DNA of 64,000 bases from positions 131,109 to 195,108 of IMG/VR virus record IMGVR_UViG_3300033148_006102, one strand, 5' to 3'. Source of the stretch: a virus. The notes beneath the pieces were generated by a model. That model made no database searches. It saw nothing but the letters and a program-made list of their open reading frames with translations, and was not told the DNA's origin. Shown here piece by piece: positions 46,769-55,441 of this stretch. The first letter of the stretch is position 1, and every line of letters begins with the position of its first letter. Made by a program: the position numbers and the translations under genes.

Positions 46769-47004
46769 TAAAGAATTCCTTTCTGTTCGCAATAGTGGTG
46801 ATGCCGTGCTGAGTTAAGCACAGCATCGATATTGATGCCGTGTTTTGTACAGTAATGGAAGATATCCGCCATCAGATCTTTTACACCTGTAGCTGGATCT
46901 TCCTCCGGCGTCATTACGTCTTCGTAGTAATCGAGAAGAATAGCCCGGATCTTCTCCGGGCTTTCTTCCACGTGTTTCAGTATTTCAGGATCAGGTTCTG
47001 TCAT
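46768..47004 (-). CDS. Small hypothetical protein
   Basis: DL.ADI.HYC...G. Confidence 0.65.
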   Translation of the reverse strand: MTEPDPEILKHVEESPEKIRAILLDYYEDVMTPEEDPATGVKDLMADIFHYCTKHGINIDAVLNSARHHHYCEQKGIL

Positions 47005-47336
47005 TAACGTTTTGCTTTCCATTCATAAACCACAGCACCATCATCGGCGCCCCAAGCTCGGTTTGGTGAAACAATTTCGTTGAGTGGATACCAAACAACT
47101 TGGATGTGGAAATATGGGCTCATAAGCCTGTTCTTTTCTTTACAGGCGAAGTCTAACGCAACATCCAGATCAATCGCAATCATGATAATATCGGATTCTT
47201 CGTAGCCATTTACGATTACGGCGAATGCGGTGTATGGTCGTTTACGTAATTTGCGTGTTTTGGCGGTAGGTAGAAGAAATGTGTATCCTTCCGGTTCTAC
47301 CGTACGCGCTTCTTTACGTTCACGTTTACGTGTCAT
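47004..47336 (-). CDS. Hypothetical protein
   Basis: Contiguous array. Confidence 0.55.
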   Translation of the reverse strand: MTRKRERKEARTVEPEGYTFLLPTAKTRKLRKRPYTAFAVIVNGYEESDIIMIAIDLDVALDFACKEKNRLMSPYFHIQVVWYPLNEIVSPNRAWGADDGAVVYEWKAKR

Positions 47337-47698
47337 GCCGTATGTGCCGGCCGTATGTAGTACCACTCAGCCCACATGGGCGAATCGTGGTGTGCGTTGT
47401 TGATGGCGATACAGTCATCGCGCTTGTAGATCTTGAAGTGGCATTCGGTGTCGGGCAGGATTATAGCCAGCATGTCACGACCATTGTCGCAATGGAACAC
47501 ATCCTTGTAGCCGTCAATTCCTTGCCAGCCGAAGTTCTTCATTTCCGCGGTCCAATCAAAATCTGGATTGAGTTCTTCCATGAGGCCTGTTAGATCCTCG
47601 CAGACGTACTCCCACGGATCTTCGTGTGTATCTTCCGGATCCACGTCGTCAGGTGGCCACGTGATCCATGGTTGTTCTTGTTCTTTGGTTTGGTTCAT
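47333..47698 (-). CDS. Hypothetical protein
   Basis: GGAG SD; ATGA coupling. Confidence 0.68.
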   Translation of the reverse strand: MNQTKEQEQPWITWPPDDVDPEDTHEDPWEYVCEDLTGLMEELNPDFDWTAEMKNFGWQGIDGYKDVFHCDNGRDMLAIILPDTECHFKIYKRDDCIAINNAHHDSPMWAEWYYIRPAHTA

Positions 47699-48105
47699 AC
47701 TGTCTCCGCAACAATGTCATCCCATTCACGGCAAGCGCGATCGATTATTTCATACACACGCTCAATCTCCAAATCCATGGACAAGGCCAAGAGCTTGATG
47801 ATCTCTTCTGTAAAGCCACCGGCCATCTGCAGCTCGGCGATCAACCGTGGGAATTGAATGGAATTGTCGTTCCAGTTGATTTCTGCGTTACGGGCTTTCG
47901 CTTCGAGTTGTGCCTCTTTTTGAGTGACGAAGAGGTTGTCTTCGTGTTGACCACAACGTACTTCGCCTTCAAGCTTTGAAAGCTCATAGGTTTTGTAGCC
48001 GAGAGGCGCCTCGACTGTGCGCTGCTCGTCTACATGCCATACTTGTGGTCGAAACGTTTCGTATATCGGCCATACCTTGTCACCGGCCTTGAATTTGTAT
48101 GTCAT
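47695..48105 (-). CDS. Hypothetical protein
   Basis: ATGA coupling. Confidence 0.68.
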   Translation of the reverse strand: MTYKFKAGDKVWPIYETFRPQVWHVDEQRTVEAPLGYKTYELSKLEGEVRCGQHEDNLFVTQKEAQLEAKARNAEINWNDNSIQFPRLIAELQMAGGFTEEIIKLLALSMDLEIERVYEIIDRACREWDDIVAETV

Positions 48106-48311
48106 AGTAGTTCAGCTAGATCCGGTGCTTCGGCCTCAAGCGCCTCACGCACTGCGTCCTTTGGTGTGTATCCATCATCAAACCAATCCCTGAATGGCAT
48201 ATCGGGGAGATCGTGGATGGATAGGCCTATCTTTGTTCGACAGAGCGCATCAACGCACCGCATCCAGTTTTTGTAGTCCATATCCGCTATTTTGTTATCT
48301 AGGCTTTTCAT
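48102..48311 (-). CDS. Small hypothetical protein
   Basis: DLPD..FRDWFDDG.TP..A. Confidence 0.65.
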   Translation of the reverse strand: MKSLDNKIADMDYKNWMRCVDALCRTKIGLSIHDLPDMPFRDWFDDGYTPKDAVREALEAEAPDLAELL

Positions 48312-49543
48312 CAGCTACGTACTGCCTTTGCAACCGGGAAACGCGGCGTACCGTCTTCGAAAGTTTCGAAGTACTCAACCGTGAGTAGGTGACCAACAAA
48401 GTCCTCCGGATTTGCTTGGAAGTCTTCCCACATCTGCGCACGTTCTTTCATGCTACCTTTCGGCATGGCACTGAAGGTGCTGCCCCAGTCGGTTTCACAG
48501 ACGAAGACACACGTGCCAGGCATCTTCTCATTTTCATTGGCGCCGATGATCTTGAATTCTGCGTCCATAAATTCCTTCCACTTGAGAAGGTGTTCGGACC
48601 GCGCCTGGAAACGATATATACCTCGAGGATCGCGAAGGATGGATCCTTCAAAGCCTTCTTCACGGAATCGCTTGTGATAGCTTTCGGCACGCATCATGTC
48701 TTTGACCAGCTTGGTCTCAACATTGACTACCGCACATTCATCAGCAGTAGATTGTGTTGTACCGTCCTTGATACCGCATGCCTGCGCACAACTGATACGC
48801 TTGTTGATGCGTTCTTCCTCTGGTACATCCAGCATGGCGATATCGTACCACCAGAATTGGGCCTGCTTCTTGAGCTGATGCAGTTCACCGTTCTTGCGCA
48901 GTATTTTCTCGCGTTGCTTGATCGTGCCTTCTGGTGTTTTACGGATGCGTTTCAAAGCACCGTTGAGATCCTTGAACGGCATCGCCCATGTGAAGAGTTC
49001 GCCATCGAAGATGATCTCACGCAACTTCGGATTGATTGAGAAGAAGTAGTTGGCCATTTCGACCAGCTTCTCTTCGATATGCCCAAGATCCTTGAAGAAG
49101 TTGCCTGAACGTGACCACATTTCAACATAGCGGTTTACACGATCTTTCGTGACTTTCGCCAAACACCGGTTCCCATCCATTTTTGGTTGGATGAACATAG
49201 GGAATCTGTGCTTCTTCGGTGCATATTTCTTTGCAAGCATGGGTGCTGGATACTCTACGTTTTCGGTCTCTTCCAGCGCGGAATAGTCTTCGACGTATTT
49301 GTCTTTCTTAATTTTCAGCTCGTGTTTGCTCTGGGCCTCAGAACAGGCTTGTTCGTATGGTGTGCGGCCACCTTTACCTTCAGTGAAGATATTTTCCTTG
49401 GCGATTAGGCGGCCGCCTTCGATACCGGTTTCAACTGTCCAAAGTGCAGCTTGGTCTTCTTCAAACCACTCGACTTTCGAGTGACGGACCCGGACCTTGC
49501 CTTTTGAATCTTTGCGATAAAGTGTTGGTAACACAAATGCCAT
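48311..49543 (-). CDS. lig: ATP-dependent DNA ligase with a WGR-like N-terminus
   Basis: QPKMDG.R (motif I), DGEL, EGSILR, KWK.F.D.E, G..RFP. Confidence 0.92.
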   Translation of the reverse strand: MAFVLPTLYRKDSKGKVRVRHSKVEWFEEDQAALWTVETGIEGGRLIAKENIFTEGKGGRTPYEQACSEAQSKHELKIKKDKYVEDYSALEETENVEYPAPMLAKKYAPKKHRFPMFIQPKMDGNRCLAKVTKDRVNRYVEMWSRSGNFFKDLGHIEEKLVEMANYFFSINPKLREIIFDGELFTWAMPFKDLNGALKRIRKTPEGTIKQREKILRKNGELHQLKKQAQFWWYDIAMLDVPEEERINKRISCAQACGIKDGTTQSTADECAVVNVETKLVKDMMRAESYHKRFREEGFEGSILRDPRGIYRFQARSEHLLKWKEFMDAEFKIIGANENEKMPGTCVFVCETDWGSTFSAMPKGSMKERAQMWEDFQANPEDFVGHLLTVEYFETFEDGTPRFPVAKAVRS

Positions 49544-50280
49544 TACTTCGGTGTCCTTTCCTCGTACAAATATTCCAGGTACAACAGAAAATAGTCTGTG
49601 AGCATGTCCCACGTGAAGCCAAGGGCGTCCAACTGGTCATCCATGGTGCGCATGGCCGCTTCGTTTTGTTCGACTTCGTACCTTGCGCGTCTGCGTAGGA
49701 TGTCTTTGACCTTGCCGGGAGCTTCGATTCTGTCCCGTGTTTCCAGCTTCATGAAACGACGTACCTTTCCGATGTACGTAAGTGCTTTGGAATCCCAAAT
49801 TACAATGTGTGGTTTGTCTTTTACAAAGAATCCACTACGACCTGTAACAGAAACTACATTCTTTATGAATTCAGCACGGCGATGTTCGTAGCATTCACGC
49901 CATATGCGTATGCATTGTTCGATCGCGTTTTCTTCTTTTATGGTGTAATCGTAGATTGCGCGAATGGCCAGATCGATATCGGTGTTCCAATTTTCGAGAA
50001 TGCTGGGATCAGTCATGGCAATCAGCTGTGTGATGTGATCAAGCTCCAATGATTCGTTCCGGTGATACAGGAAATCGAATGTGGAGACTTCATAGGCCAG
50101 AATACAGCCGGTTGGTTTTCTGGTTTCTACATCGTACGTATAGTTCCGGGCTTCTTCTGGATCCAGTGTTAGATAGAACCCAGGGCCTTCGCCAACGTAG
50201 TTGGTTGTGCGGCTGTTGATTAGCTCCGGATCAAACTCAGTGAACCCCTCAGGGTTAGGTGTACCGTGGTACGCCTTCAT
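49543..50280 (-). CDS. ADP-ribosyltransferase-like protein, apparently with a C-terminal extra domain
   Basis: YHGT...F..F......GPGFYLT....A..Y N-terminus. Confidence 0.5.
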   Translation of the reverse strand: MKAYHGTPNPEGFTEFDPELINSRTTNYVGEGPGFYLTLDPEEARNYTYDVETRKPTGCILAYEVSTFDFLYHRNESLELDHITQLIAMTDPSILENWNTDIDLAIRAIYDYTIKEENAIEQCIRIWRECYEHRRAEFIKNVVSVTGRSGFFVKDKPHIVIWDSKALTYIGKVRRFMKLETRDRIEAPGKVKDILRRRARYEVEQNEAAMRTMDDQLDALGFTWDMLTDYFLLYLEYLYEERTPK

Positions 50281-50744
50281 CAAGCAAAAATCTCCTCTGG
50301 GTCGGACCATGGCGCGAAATCATCATCCGGCACGCCCATCTTTTCGCATGCAGTATGAAAGACCTGCCAGTATTTACGGGCCGCATCCAGCATTTCTTCG
50401 TCAACATCACCAGAAGGCGTAACATGGATAGCTGGTTGACCTTCTTGGTAGAATTGAATTGTCGGGCATTCCTCGAGTGATTCGCCATCGTACGCGAAGA
50501 CATGAGGGTCATAATCGCAGCCTTCAGAATGACGACCAACGAAGATGACACCTGCGTTGGTGAGGTTGTTTATGACATCGCCTGATCCGTTAACTTCGGC
50601 GAAGCCCAAACTGATATACTGTAATTCGTGTTTTGCGACCTTGACTAATTCGTGTTCTTCGTCGAAATCGCCAAACACGATATTTTCTACGATTTTGCGT
50701 TGTGCTCTAGGACATGTAATCCAGATATAGCAGCGATCACCCAT
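50280..50744 (-). CDS. Hypothetical protein
   Basis: TAATG and TGATG couplings. Confidence 0.68.
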   Translation of the reverse strand: MGDRCYIWITCPRAQRKIVENIVFGDFDEEHELVKVAKHELQYISLGFAEVNGSGDVINNLTNAGVIFVGRHSEGCDYDPHVFAYDGESLEECPTIQFYQEGQPAIHVTPSGDVDEEMLDAARKYWQVFHTACEKMGVPDDDFAPWSDPEEIFA

Positions 50745-51175
50745 TATTCGGCTTTCCAGACCTTTCCGTTGAGTTCCATTGTGTTCGCCGCGCTGGCTGG
50801 ATCAATGTGCTCATGATGTGCGACACTGCATATGCCTGGCTTGTCATCCTTTGGAGCGCACCAGCCTTCAACAGCGCAGTCATATTTGTCTTCCAGCATG
50901 CGCGCAACTTTCTTGAAGTCCTCTACGTCCGTGTAATACAGACAGGACACGGCCGCATACTTTTCTTTGAGTAGTTCGCCAAGATATGGAAGACCTTCTT
51001 CGTCGTCTTTCAGCTCAACGAGTTCATATTCATCGCCGATAGACGGCGAGCCATTGATTGATGTGTTTAAAGTACGCACTATGCCTTCTTTAACGTATTC
51101 GACCCAACCGGTCTCGTTCGGACCGTAGTAAACACGCAGGTGTTCACCGGGTTGATACTTTTCGCCTATTTGCAT
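50744..51175 (-). CDS. Hypothetical protein
   Basis: AAGGA SD. Confidence 0.68.
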   Translation of the reverse strand: MQIGEKYQPGEHLRVYYGPNETGWVEYVKEGIVRTLNTSINGSPSIGDEYELVELKDDEEGLPYLGELLKEKYAAVSCLYYTDVEDFKKVARMLEDKYDCAVEGWCAPKDDKPGICSVAHHEHIDPASAANTMELNGKVWKAE

Positions 51176-51184
51176 GTTTTCCTT

Positions 51185-51207
51185 CTGGGATTATGTCAAA
51201 GTACCAG
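51185..51207 (-). promoter_or_regulatory. 23-bp quasi-palindrome, copy 7 (intergenic)
   Basis: Minus strand reads CTGGTACTTT GAC ATAATCCCAG, followed directly by AAGGAAAACATG. Confidence 0.82.
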
Positions 51208-51474
51208 TTAGACAACTTTCATATTGTCTATAGTGTTGCGGATCCAGTTACTAAGTATGCTGAGCTGCGAAGCCAGGTCGCGAGCATCTTCTGAATCCAA
51301 GTAGATATTGGGTTTCTCTTCTTCGAAATCATCGGCGAGCGAGATTTTCAGCGTATAGTCGTCTTGACCTTCCGCGTCACGTTCTTCGCGTTTTCGATGC
51401 GCTGTGAACACGAACGATCGTTTGAACATGACGGCTTGTGCAGAATGTTCGACGTACTTTTCAACAAGTGCCAT
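51208..51474 (-). CDS. Small hypothetical protein
   Basis: GGAG SD; TAATG coupling. Confidence 0.62.
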   Translation of the reverse strand: MALVEKYVEHSAQAVMFKRSFVFTAHRKREERDAEGQDDYTLKISLADDFEEEKPNIYLDSEDARDLASQLSILSNWIRNTIDNMKVV

Positions 51475-52064
51475 TATTTTCTCCCGAAATCTGCTGGGCA
51501 TTCGCAGCAGAATTGATCTTTGTTCCAATAGCGGATGCGGATTTTCTTTCGCTTGTTACGAAGCGCTTTGATCCTTTTGAGCGCCCACGCGCTCGCTTCG
51601 TAGCTCTTACTTGTTGGGCTTAATTCGATGACACCTGTTGCGGCCTGTACTGCTACGATATTGTCACAATAAAGGATGTGACCTAGCGTCGGCTGTTGTA
51701 CTAACAGTTCAACGCCGCGCAGCATGCCGTAGAGTTCGGCGGATGTTGTAGATACAGGTCCTAGCTTGCGTCGCCATTTCGCGTCTGAACGCAGCTTGTT
51801 ACCCAATAGATCGGTGACGCGTACTATCACGCCGTATTTTTGTGTGATGGAGGCATCAGTGCAGATCCCTGAAGTCGGTGGACCGAGTACGGGATCTGGT
51901 AATGCGCGAAGCCGATCCTTGAGTTTCTTTTCGTCCATGTGCCGCGGTAGTTGCAGGTCACCTTTCGCCACATATACGCGACGAGTGGTGTAATACCAGT
52001 TGATGCAGATACCTGGCGCGAAGAATTGTTTGAACTGTGGAAACTTATGAACCTGGTATTTCAT
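51474..52064 (-). CDS. RNase H-like protein
   Basis: ICTDAS, AELYG, YCDN and terminal PADFGRK give a D-E-D acidic triad. Confidence 0.7.
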   Translation of the reverse strand: MKYQVHKFPQFKQFFAPGICINWYYTTRRVYVAKGDLQLPRHMDEKKLKDRLRALPDPVLGPPTSGICTDASITQKYGVIVRVTDLLGNKLRSDAKWRRKLGPVSTTSAELYGMLRGVELLVQQPTLGHILYCDNIVAVQAATGVIELSPTSKSYEASAWALKRIKALRNKRKKIRIRYWNKDQFCCECPADFGRK

Positions 52065-53269
52065 GGAGAGCGGATGAGCATAATCTCATGCTCTTCTCTT
52101 TCTGGATTAAGTATATGGCGCCACATATGTTCCCGCACGTCCGTATATTGAATCGACGTGTAGATTGTACGTGCATCAGAATCCGAGCGCCGATCATTGA
52201 TGAAGTCGCCAATTACTTGTGCTGGTACAGCCGTATCCATGTCGATGATCAAGTACCGGGATTCGAGAACTGCTTCTTCGTAATACAATGCTTCTGTACC
52301 AGGACGACCATCGAGCATATGCAACACCAGGGTAGGCGGTTGGTTGTCTGGTGCTTGCTTGGCCGCGTAGAGCGAACTAGCCCTAACAGTCATGCAACTT
52401 GCGTACGGCTTTTCCGTCGTAGGTCTTGTATGGAAATACATGCGGTCTCGCACGTTTTCAGGTGTGTCGTCTTTACGAACACGTTCACAGGCCCATGAGA
52501 AGTTGGATGCGAAATTGAGGATTTCGCCGGGACTCCACGGCCCAACCAGTACAACATCGGTTCGTTCTTTTGCCGCAATGGTCGCCCAATCGTCATGGAT
52601 TGCGTGTGGCAAAGTGTTTGTCCAGTGGATCGCACAAGGCGCCGGATGTTGACGTTTCAATCTACGATCATTGTCGGACCATTCTTCCGACCCCTGGCAA
52701 ACACTGATCATACGACTGATGTCGCGTTCTATTTCAGGTGTTTCACCTTGCATGTTGGTGGTGACCAGCAGCGTAATATCGAAATCGCGAATTGTATCTA
52801 AGATAGCCGGCCAAACTTCAATCGAAAACTCAGATTGCTTGGACGCACCGTAGTCGTCAATAAGTAATACACCTTTGCGTAGTGGTAGCCCCAAGTAACC
52901 TTGTAAAGCGGTGATCAGACCTAGCTGTGGGCCGGTTTTGTCGTAGCATATCTGTCGTAGTTTATTTAACAGACCTCCAGCTGTGATTGCCATCACCGGT
53001 TGGCCGGCTAACGCACAAGCACGAAGGTATGCTTGTAAGGCAAATGTTTTACCTACACCAACAGGACCGTTTACGTGTAGACCTTTGCCCGCCACGAAAC
53101 GTTCAAAAACCGTATCACGACGTTTACTCGGGTAGATATCTTCAAAGGTCGCTGAGAGATTGTATATTTTGCAAAGGTTAATTCGTCGTAGCTGCTCAAC
53201 TAACGGCAGGTCTTTGAGCACTTTCTGCTCTCTGCTAGTTAGCTGATAATACTTTTCGTGTTCGTTCAC
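52061..53269 (-). CDS. DnaC/IstB-like AAA+ ATPase (helicase loader) with a second degenerate domain
   Basis: GPVGVGKT, LLIDDYG, TTN, R..S. Confidence 0.78.
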   Translation of the reverse strand: MNEHEKYYQLTSREQKVLKDLPLVEQLRRINLCKIYNLSATFEDIYPSKRRDTVFERFVAGKGLHVNGPVGVGKTFALQAYLRACALAGQPVMAITAGGLLNKLRQICYDKTGPQLGLITALQGYLGLPLRKGVLLIDDYGASKQSEFSIEVWPAILDTIRDFDITLLVTTNMQGETPEIERDISRMISVCQGSEEWSDNDRRLKRQHPAPCAIHWTNTLPHAIHDDWATIAAKERTDVVLVGPWSPGEILNFASNFSWACERVRKDDTPENVRDRMYFHTRPTTEKPYASCMTVRASSLYAAKQAPDNQPPTLVLHMLDGRPGTEALYYEEAVLESRYLIIDMDTAVPAQVIGDFINDRRSDSDARTIYTSIQYTDVREHMWRHILNPEREEHEIMLIRSP

Positions 53270-54576
53270 ACCAACCCTCGTTCATTTAATCCTTTCAAAA
53301 TGGTGTCGTAGGGCAAACCATAACGCGTGCCCTCTTCAACCCAGCCTGGCTCTTCGGCGTCGTTTGCTCCGATGCCTATGTATTGTTTCAGCGTGTTCGG
53401 GATTTGCCCGTTCATCGCACGAATAATTTCATCTGGTGCTACGCGCACGTCAATGATCACGGCTTGATCATCGCCGATATCCCATTTGACTTCAAACTCA
53501 TTTCGTACATCAGCGACGTTTCGGTTATCGTCGTTATTAGTACGTGAGATCTGTACCGCGTTGGAGAATGTCTTGTCAGATGTGAATGGCGCAATCCATT
53601 CAGCTTTTCGACGAAGGTGGTAGTCCTTCTCAATCCAACTGAGCAACGATCCCGGTATATAGTTTGTGAACTTCGGATTATCGATAAACGGCGTGACAGC
53701 CTTCACGTACTCACGAAGCTTTTCTGCAAGTCGCCCGTTGGGTAATACACGCAATGCTTCTCTAAGTAACTCCTTCAACTTTGGAGTAACTTTTGACGCT
53801 TTCGGGTATGTTGCAACGAGGTACCGCACAACTTCAATGAATGCCGCAGTATCTTCAATACCGCGCTTAACACGAGTTGATTCACCGCCTGCGAGTGTCT
53901 TGTCCATATTTCGACGGCGTTTAAGTCGTCTTTTGGGTGTACTTGGGTGTGCCGCGTTAGCGGAACCTTCATCTACTTCCGTACTGGATATACTTCTCTC
54001 TTTATCTACTTTGTCGGAAGTATCCTTCCGGTCCAGAGCGGAAGTATCCTGCCGGTCATGATCGGAAGTATTCTTCCGGTCTGTATAGGAAGTATTCTTC
54101 CGGTCCATAGTTTCGTCGTAAGTATCGTCATCATCAGTACTTGTAGCCGATTTTATTGCTTTTTTGTTGGTACCGTTTTTACGTCGTTTCATCTCCAGCT
54201 TGACGGTATCTTCAACAGCTTCTTCAAGGATCATGAATCGATCCGGGATACGCAGAATCACGTATTTGTTGGTCATGTTCATGCCGCGACGCTCGACGGC
54301 CACAAGTTCAAGATCTTTGAGCTCTTTAGTATAAGTTCGTATTTGGCGTTCGCTGATACCCATGTAGGCGGCTAACCGAAATTGGCCTGGCCAGCATCCG
54401 CGTCGCTTGCTCCACGCGAAGCTCAACAGCATACCGTATAGAATCTTGGCGCCGTGTGAGATATTTGGGTTACGCATTACGGAGATTGGATAACGGATGA
54501 AGGGTTCATCCCCAGAGAAGGATGCTTGAACATCGTCAGCGAATGCAACATTCACTTCGTCTGAGTGTTTACTCAT
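53266..54576 (-). CDS. Phage replication initiator (N-terminal winged HTH)
   Basis: ISHGAKILY..L...CWPGQ..LA..MG.SER.I....KEL....LV; lies upstream of the DnaC-like gene; contains iterons. Confidence 0.75.
   Translation of the reverse strand: MSKHSDEVNVAFADDVQASFSGDEPFIRYPISVMRNPNISHGAKILYGMLLSFAWSKRRGCWPGQFRLAAYMGISERQIRTYTKELKDLELVAVERRGMNMTNKYVILRIPDRFMILEEAVEDTVKLEMKRRKNGTNKKAIKSATSTDDDDTYDETMDRKNTSYTDRKNTSDHDRQDTSALDRKDTSDKVDKERSISSTEVDEGSANAAHPSTPKRRLKRRRNMDKTLAGGESTRVKRGIEDTAAFIEVVRYLVATYPKASKVTPKLKELLREALRVLPNGRLAEKLREYVKAVTPFIDNPKFTNYIPGSLLSWIEKDYHLRRKAEWIAPFTSDKTFSNAVQISRTNNDDNRNVADVRNEFEVKWDIGDDQAVIIDVRVAPDEIIRAMNGQIPNTLKQYIGIGANDAEEPGWVEEGTRYGLPYDTILKGLNERGLV
54015..54105. repeat. 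Four 19-bp direct repeats at 24-bp period (iteron-like origin)
   Basis: CGGAAGTATCCTTCCGGTC (54015), CGGAAGTATCCTGCCGGTC (54039), CGGAAGTATTCTTCCGGTC (54063), AGGAAGTATTCTTCCGGTC (54087). Confidence 0.85.
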
Positions 54577-54590
54577 GATAGTCCTTGTGT

Positions 54591-54676
54591 TGGGGCTGCA
54601 ATGGGAGTCGAACCCATGTCTCCGAGAATCGTACGCGTCCGATAGTTCGGTATCCTAGTCGCTAGACGATACAGCC
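54591..54676 (-). tRNA. tRNA-like RNA with an elongated anticodon arm; isotype undetermined
   Basis: Acceptor GGCTGTA/TGCAGCC, D arm GTCT-AGCGACT-AGGAT, T arm ATGGG-TTCGACT-CCCAT; the anticodon arm is 29 nt instead of 17. Confidence 0.65.
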
Positions 54677-54700
54677 ATAAAGCCCACTACCTGATATGAG

Positions 54701-54738
54701 GCGGGGCACGAGTATATGCCCCGCCCACAGCAAGTCAA
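54701..54738 (-). promoter_or_regulatory. Sigma70-like promoter with the -10 box inside an 8-bp inverted repeat
   Basis: TTGACT (54738-54733), 16-nt spacer, TATACT (54716-54711); GCGGGGCA/TGCCCCGC arms at 54701-54708 and 54717-54724. Confidence 0.6.
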
Positions 54739-54747
54739 TAGATGAAT

Positions 54748-54770
54748 CTGGGATTATGCCGTAGTACCAG
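54748..54770 (-). promoter_or_regulatory. 23-bp quasi-palindrome, copy 8
   Basis: Minus strand reads CTGGTACTAC GGC ATAATCCCAG; overlaps a stop codon and lies 9 nt upstream of the -35 box. Confidence 0.82.
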
Positions 54771-55149
54771 AACGAGGCATCCAGCGTTCGCCGGTCTCGA
54801 GCACGTGCATCACACCGCCGCAGCGCAAGTCATTTATGATGTTGTAGGCATCAGATGGAGAATCTCCCCAGCTCAGGCCGCCGGCAAGAATAATCCATTC
54901 ACCCTTATGTAAGATGTAGCCAACATCGCGACGATCTAGGTAGCCATCTTCAAGTTCGTCGAGGCGTTCCCGCATATGATCACGGAATTCTTCGAGATCG
55001 TTAAAGATACGTTGTTCATCGTCCTCGAGTGTGAGCTCGTCTTCAATGAACTTCTTGGCTGCGTCCCAGTGTAGTGGTTCAAGACTGGGAGTGTGTTTGT
55101 CTTCTATTGCGGGAACGACAAATACGTCGTAGATAAAATCAGACCCCAC
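54754..55149 (-). CDS. Hypothetical protein
   Basis: AAGG SD. Confidence 0.68.
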   Translation of the reverse strand: MGSDFIYDVFVVPAIEDKHTPSLEPLHWDAAKKFIEDELTLEDDEQRIFNDLEEFRDHMRERLDELEDGYLDRRDVGYILHKGEWIILAGGLSWGDSPSDAYNIINDLRCGGVMHVLETGERWMPRSGTTA

Positions 55150-55441
55150 AAAGGACCTTTACTTCATGTTCTTTGTTGCAGCAGATAGCGCCGCTATCTT
55201 TTAGATCACCTTTGTCGTTTACTGTAGCCCAGCTGAAGCAACCATACGTATTGGCTTCGCTGTCTGCTCGGCACCAGATCATGGTGCCATCGGTGAATTC
55301 GATGATGACGGGCCAGCCCAGGTAGAAATCCTCTTCCCAGCCCAATTCTTTTGGGTGTAGTGAGAAGACGTCTTTAACTGTCTTACCTACCAGATCGAGC
55401 GGCACGTCACGCGAGCGCCGCTTGAGTTTGCGCTTGGCCAT
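55139..55441 (-). CDS. Hypothetical protein with a basic N-terminus
   Basis: MAKRKLKRR; GGAGG SD; the D.EGN..G-like motif is shared with the 56981-57235 ORF. Confidence 0.68.
   Translation of the reverse strand: MAKRKLKRRSRDVPLDLVGKTVKDVFSLHPKELGWEEDFYLGWPVIIEFTDGTMIWCRADSEANTYGCFSWATVNDKGDLKDSGAICCNKEHEVKVLCGV

Noticed and set aside
54620-54650. tRNA-like RNA as a nonsense suppressor or an archaeal-type BHB intron tRNA
   Set aside because: There is no TCA or TTA triplet in the arm, the bulge geometry does not fit bulge-helix-bulge, and removing 12 nt at 37/38 leaves an A-C mismatch and an atypical ATC anticodon.
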